Positions 59,025 through 64,000 of a DNA stretch of 64,000 bases are shown piece after piece. The notes under the pieces are model-generated. The model made no database searches. It saw nothing but the letters and a program-made list of their open reading frames with translations, and had not been told where the DNA came from. The position numbers and the translations under genes were made by a program. Within the stretch, counting starts at the first letter, position 1, and every line of letters starts with the position of its first letter. The stretch is taken from the NCBI GenBank assembly GCA_044892525.1, contig CM097885.1, positions 37,758,001 through 37,822,000 on the forward strand, in the 5' to 3' direction. The DNA is from Schmidtea polychroa (lineage: Eukaryota).

Positions 59025-60873
59025 TTAATATTGAAATTCTTTAGATTGGAAACCAGTTAATTTTATCAAACACACGATGATGGTAATTACTAAAATATAT
59101 CTAAAATTCTTAAGGTTTTCCACGGTTTTACCGTATAAACTGTTGTTCTTTAACTTAAAATAATCTCGCTGAAATGAATCTGTACTAGCTGCTCTCATTT
59201 GAGTATTGTAATCAATATAGCCTCTGAAAATAGCTACTTGCTTGAATTCTACAGCTCGATTGACTTTTGTGACTTTTGCGCCGTAACTCAACCATTCAGT
59301 CAAAACTCTACTATTAATCACATAATTGGTCTTTGGTTCGTATGTTAATAACAACTTTTCAACTTTACTTCCAGGCGGATAACAAAGCTCAAGAGCTATA
59401 GGTAAATCATCTAGTTTATCCTGTATACTATATGGAATGACGATATCAACCTCCAAAACATATCCACGATCTCCATCAAACTCATCTCCATTCATAAATC
59501 TTTTAATAATACTATCCATTACAGTCTGATCTTTTAACCATCTAAATTCACCAACAGGAAGTTTTTGCGACAGAGTCCATCCATATAAATTATTAACATC
59601 TTGGTATGACATTTGTGTGAATTCATCAGCTTCAACACGGTGTTTGTTGATAAATGTCATTCCACCACGAATACCAGCTTCAAATAAACGGTAAAGCTCT
59701 GGATCTTGAATAAGTTCTATCGGTTCAGCTAATTGTTTAATAGCTGATGCCCAACTTAATCCAGGCATGGAAACAAACGACAGAGCCTCAAGTCCATCTT
59801 TGTCAAATGTTTTTTCTCTGAAAGCCTCAAAAATATCTGCTAATAGAAAACATCCAACTTCAAATATACTAGCATGTAATCTAGCAACGTCTCACAGTTA
59901 TATTGTTGCCAGATTTGATTTGCATGTATATAATCTTCTTGACTAACTCCCTCCCAAATCGGTGGTAATTCTGTTATTGACTGTAAAACATCCATTGACG
60001 TAGCCATATCATAAGGAAAAATGTTTTTACTAGTCATCATCTGTGATTCGAAAACATCTGAGGTCAGTGGAAGACGTGGCAAGTTTTTTGATAAATTTGC
60101 CAAGCTGCTATTTAAAAATTGTAAAGAATCAATAAATCTAATTCTTCTGCTTTCGATGTCGCTGTAAGTGTGAGAAACTTTTCTGTTGATTGAGGAATAA
60201 CAATTAAATTCCAATCGGGGAATTTTCCAATTGTATATTTTAATATATGATGAATGTCATATCCACGAAGATTATGAAATACAACAGGTAAAGACGGATT
60301 GATTCTTCTAGCCAAGTTGCAATCTTGACATGCTGCTCCGAGATATTGACCAGTAAAATGATCATGATCTCGAACAGGTATATTGATAATCTTTTTACAA
60401 AGGTAGCAATGAGTTTCAGTCGTGAATTCTTCCTGCTGTTCCCAACTGAGTTCCATCATTTCCTTTGATCCATTAATTTTATACCACGGATAAACTATGT
60501 CTGTAGCTATATCATCCAATGCTTGTATAAACTGAATGATACAGTTTTTCCCAACAAATGTTTCATTTCGGATCGGACAACCTTGATGAAGAAGCACAAA
60601 TTCAGATGCAATCGGCTCATGTTTTTGGAAGTGCTTGTCATTTAGAGGTAATATCGATTCAAAGTCCGCGTAGACAACAAACTGCTGTTTTATAGTTTTA
60701 TTCCAGTCTTTAAATTCGATATATTTATTCTCTGACATTGAGTATAGAGTCGTCCGCCTCACATTCTTCCTACAAAGACCTATATGTCTTTCAAAAGCAG
60801 GACGTTTTCGAAACCCATGAAGACATGTATGACACCATTGTGATTGTGATTGTGATTGTGACCGTCTATACAC
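59025..60873 (-). pseudogene. Second, diverged protein-primed PolB fragment (Polinton type), frameshifted, truncated after motif B
   Basis: YADFES, DHDHFTGQYLGAACQDCN, VFHNLRGYD, FIDSLQFL, YLKLDV, GIRGG, DVNNLYG, KLKNNSLYGKT. Confidence 0.88.
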
Positions 60874-61718
60874 CGAAACTGTTTACAAGTGCATCCATAA
60901 ATCTTTAGCATTTTTTAACTTGTAATAGTGCAAAATTTTCGTTTTACAGATGTCTAACATTAAAATAATATAAACATTACAAGCTTTGTGATACCCTAGT
61001 ATTATTAATAGTATTATCATTATTTTTCAATAACCTGAAATGTTAACATTTCCAACCATTAAATCAAATCTGCCTTAAAATATAACCCTTAAAATAACCT
61101 TTCTAACACTTAGAAGAAAACTTTCAACGTAAACCAACGTTATCATTAAAGTTTAACCCTTAAACAAACCTTTTGTACCTAAATCAATCTTACCTTTAAA
61201 TTCTTATCCTTAAATCGACTTTTTGACCGTTAAATCAAGATTTAACCCTAAAATGACTATATATAGACTTTAATGACCTTAAATTAACTTCACTGACCGC
61301 TAACGTCATTATTACAGTTATTTAAAACAATAATTTTTTATTCATCTCTACTTATTTTATTTAATAAAACCGCGATGAATGCATATTTTCAATACAATTC
61401 TTTATTTCCTGTTTACTTTTAATATTTCGTTTATCTTCATTACAATTATGGATCAACAATTTATTTTCTTACCTAACACAATTTTTAGCACTGCCTTTTA
61501 CTTTTCTACATTTTTGATCTAAAGTTATAAAAAATTCGAATTTTAATTCAAAGCACTTTTAAATTCGTAAAACATACTTTGCTTAATCTCTATCATCACA
61601 ATTATTATTATCAACATTATTATCAACATTATTATCAGTTATGGAAAGTTGTTTGTTTTAATAATATTCGATTTAGCGTTATTTTAAAAAATATATTTTA
61701 ATTGCATTTATTGATTTT

Positions 61719-62966
61719 ATGAATTTAGAAGTTGAAGACATCATAACTGGCGACCACGCCAAGGAAATCAATGCGATAGGAAAAAAGAAAGGAACTAAGA
61801 ATATGTTAGATTCCTTGTCAAAACAAGCACGTGAGATGCTAAATTTTAATGTAAGAAAGTTTGACGGAAAAGTTGGATCTGAAGCCGAACTTTGGCTAAA
61901 GGATATTATGGAATGGCTGAGAATAGAAGATCAAAGTCTAGTAGACGCATTGGATCTTTTGTTGACAGATGCGGCATCGATGTTATGGGAAGCGGCGAAA
62001 ATAGCGAAGATGACCGATGAAATGGCAAAAGAGTGGTTTATAGAAACTTTTACAGTAAGGAAAACCATTACTAACAAGATTGTGGAACTAGCTCAAATCC
62101 AGCAAGAGAGAGATGAAAGATTCCAAGTCTTCGAAATACGAGTAAGAAGTTTAGTTAAAAGTGTATTTAGCTCTGGAATGTCTGATGAACAGATTGTTCG
62201 AGACATTATTTCAAACAGAGCGAAAGGCGATAGAGTAAAAGAAATATTCTTATCAGGGAAAGTGACAAGTTTTGAAGATGCCAGGGATATGGCAAAAATT
62301 CAGGAGAAGATCGAGATGACGAATGACAATAATTTCAATATTGATGCCATAAGAAGAGACTCTTACGCATCAGTGATGAAAAATGGTAAATTCGAGGGTA
62401 GACGAGACCAAAGAACAATAGTGAAGACAACTGCACGTCAACGCGACGAACCCCGAGAGATTAATCATGAGAGGAATAGACCTGGTAATGGTCGGTTTGT
62501 ACCAATTGTAAATGAAGACAAGAATGAAAATGAGCGGTATAGAGGACGATATGAGACAGGAGAACCAGAGAGAAGAATACCTACAGTATTGCTTAAAGAT
62601 ATTGCAAGAAGGTTATTTAATGACAGCAAAGGAAGAGATTCGCCTCATCCAGTGAAACTGACACCAGGTCAGTGTTTTTGTTGTGGAGAAAAAGGGCACC
62701 GGCGTTTTGAATGTCCTATGAAAGACAAATGTCTAATCTGTGGAAAAGAAGGTCATGGATTCAGAGATTGTTTTTTGCTTAAAAATAGAAATGGATATCA
62801 GAAGAGAGTGGCATGTATTTACGAAGAAGATCACGAAAGAAATAATGGTGATTTCACAGAAGATTTATACAGTAATTACGAAGAAACGATAAAAAAATCA
62901 ATGGATAAACCAAAAAACAAGGACGATCCCATTGCTTTCATTTCGTCAGTGGGGTCGACACAATAA
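61719..62966 (+). CDS. gag: Gag with two CCHC zinc knuckles (415 aa)
   Basis: CFCCGEKGHRRFEC and CLICGKEGHGFRDC; homologous to 18840..20147. Confidence 0.92.
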   Translation: MNLEVEDIITGDHAKEINAIGKKKGTKNMLDSLSKQAREMLNFNVRKFDGKVGSEAELWLKDIMEWLRIEDQSLVDALDLLLTDAASMLWEAAKIAKMTDEMAKEWFIETFTVRKTITNKIVELAQIQQERDERFQVFEIRVRSLVKSVFSSGMSDEQIVRDIISNRAKGDRVKEIFLSGKVTSFEDARDMAKIQEKIEMTNDNNFNIDAIRRDSYASVMKNGKFEGRRDQRTIVKTTARQRDEPREINHERNRPGNGRFVPIVNEDKNENERYRGRYETGEPERRIPTVLLKDIARRLFNDSKGRDSPHPVKLTPGQCFCCGEKGHRRFECPMKDKCLICGKEGHGFRDCFLLKNRNGYQKRVACIYEEDHERNNGDFTEDLYSNYEETIKKSMDKPKNKDDPIAFISSVGSTQ

Positions 62967-62992
62967 TCAGTAGAAAGTAGCGAAATGAAGAC

Positions 62993-64000
62993 ATGATGCA
63001 GAAGATGTATGAGACGACAGACAGAAGAAAGTGGAGTAAGATTGTAATAAACATGACGGCGATTGACATGCTTTGGGACTCTGGAGCGTCAGTATCAGTT
63101 ATGAGTGAAAAAAGTTGGACAAAGATCGGGAAACCGAGGTTGAAGCAGAGCACAATTTCTCTTTGTGGAGTATTTTCGACGGGAATGGAAAGACCGTTAG
63201 GAGCAATGACGATAGAAGCTGATTGGAATGGGAAAAAAAGAATTATTAATGTTATAGTTGTCAAAGATATACGCCCAGATTTCATTGGGGGTGTAGATAC
63301 AATGGAAAGATTTGGTATTCGACTGGTAGAGGTGGACAATATTGAAGCGTCACAAGTAGGGAGGACATATGTGGACTCACAACGAGAAGAGAAAGCATTA
63401 TTAATGCTTCGAGACCGGAAGAATGAACAGTTAGACATATTGCTACGGAAGTTCAAAGGTATTTTTATGGCTTCAACTTTTGATCTTGGGTTTACGAAAG
63501 TTGTTCAACATGAAATGAATATAGTAGGTGGGCCTGTAATGTTACAGCCAACAAGACAACCAATGCATTTAGAACAAAAGCTTGACGAACTTGTCACAAA
63601 CTTATTAGAAGCGAGAGTTATTAGAAAATGCAAAAGTGCATGGAACGCACCACTAGTGATTGTGGCTAAGAAAGATGGATCAATAAGGATGTGTGTCGAC
63701 TATAGAGGGTTGAATGCGATCACTGAAAAGATATCTTTTCCAATGTCAGATACACGATTTCTACTGGATTGTCTGGCAGATTCAAAATATTTCACATCCA
63801 TCGATCTAGGTCAAGCATATTATCAAGTTGGAATGGCGAAGGAAATTCAAGAGGTCACGGCTTTCAGTACAAGGCAAGGACAGTTTTGTTTTAACCGACT
63901 TCCTTTTGGACTAGCAACCGCCCCTGCGACGTTTCAAAGAATGATGCACTCAATGTTGGATGGAATATTATTTAAGGGTGCTGTTGTCTACCTCGATGAC
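62993..64000 (+). CDS. pol: Pol (protease and RT up to YLDD), incomplete at window edge
   Basis: Open frame LWDSGAS...RMCVDYRGLN...LPFGL...VYLDD; absent from the ORF track because no stop lies in the window. Confidence 0.92.
   Translation, partial: MMQKMYETTDRRKWSKIVINMTAIDMLWDSGASVSVMSEKSWTKIGKPRLKQSTISLCGVFSTGMERPLGAMTIEADWNGKKRIINVIVVKDIRPDFIGGVDTMERFGIRLVEVDNIEASQVGRTYVDSQREEKALLMLRDRKNEQLDILLRKFKGIFMASTFDLGFTKVVQHEMNIVGGPVMLQPTRQPMHLEQKLDELVTNLLEARVIRKCKSAWNAPLVIVAKKDGSIRMCVDYRGLNAITEKISFPMSDTRFLLDCLADSKYFTSIDLGQAYYQVGMAKEIQEVTAFSTRQGQFCFNRLPFGLATAPATFQRMMHSMLDGILFKGAVVYLDD

Larger units (their letters stand above)
61637..64000 (+). mobile_element. Second Ty3/Gypsy element (5' LTR 61637-61748, PBS 61748-61758), runs off the window
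   Basis: 112-bp AGTTA...TAACT segment followed by TGGCGACCACG, gag and pol. Confidence 0.9.

Overview
Very AT-rich, transposon-dense scaffold window (three N-gaps) from an intron-compact animal genome. The host genes are RPS11, cornichon and a multi-exon EF-hand (C1orf87-like) gene, most with 43-51 nt introns. The centrepiece is a ~10.2 kb endogenous Polinton/Maverick (adintovirus-like) element at 20663-30885. It carries a protein-primed DNA polymerase B, a double-jelly-roll major capsid protein, a zinc-finger/PLA2/integrase read-through frame, a gasderminoid-type membrane protein and several small ORFs. Its ends are unusual: the intact TIR is itself a 243-bp mini-element with AGTAGT...ACTACT ends, NFI-type sites flank the TIRs, and the insertion has a 16-19 bp target duplication instead of ~6 bp. 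A ~550-bp structure-rich non-coding module (poly-T-loop hairpin, GC-rich multistem, tRNA-like Pol III unit) lies inside the left TIR. This element and a young, intact 4.7 kb Ty3/Gypsy retrotransposon (identical 152-bp AGTTA...TAACT LTRs, gag ATG inside the LTR) both sit inside one fossil Buster-type hAT transposon. The rest is a mosaic of hAT, Tc1/mariner, pogo, MULE, piggyBac, Penelope-like and Gypsy remnants and MITEs, a second pPolB fragment, and a second related Gypsy element running off the right end. All calls were made by eye from the sequence; no database searches were run.
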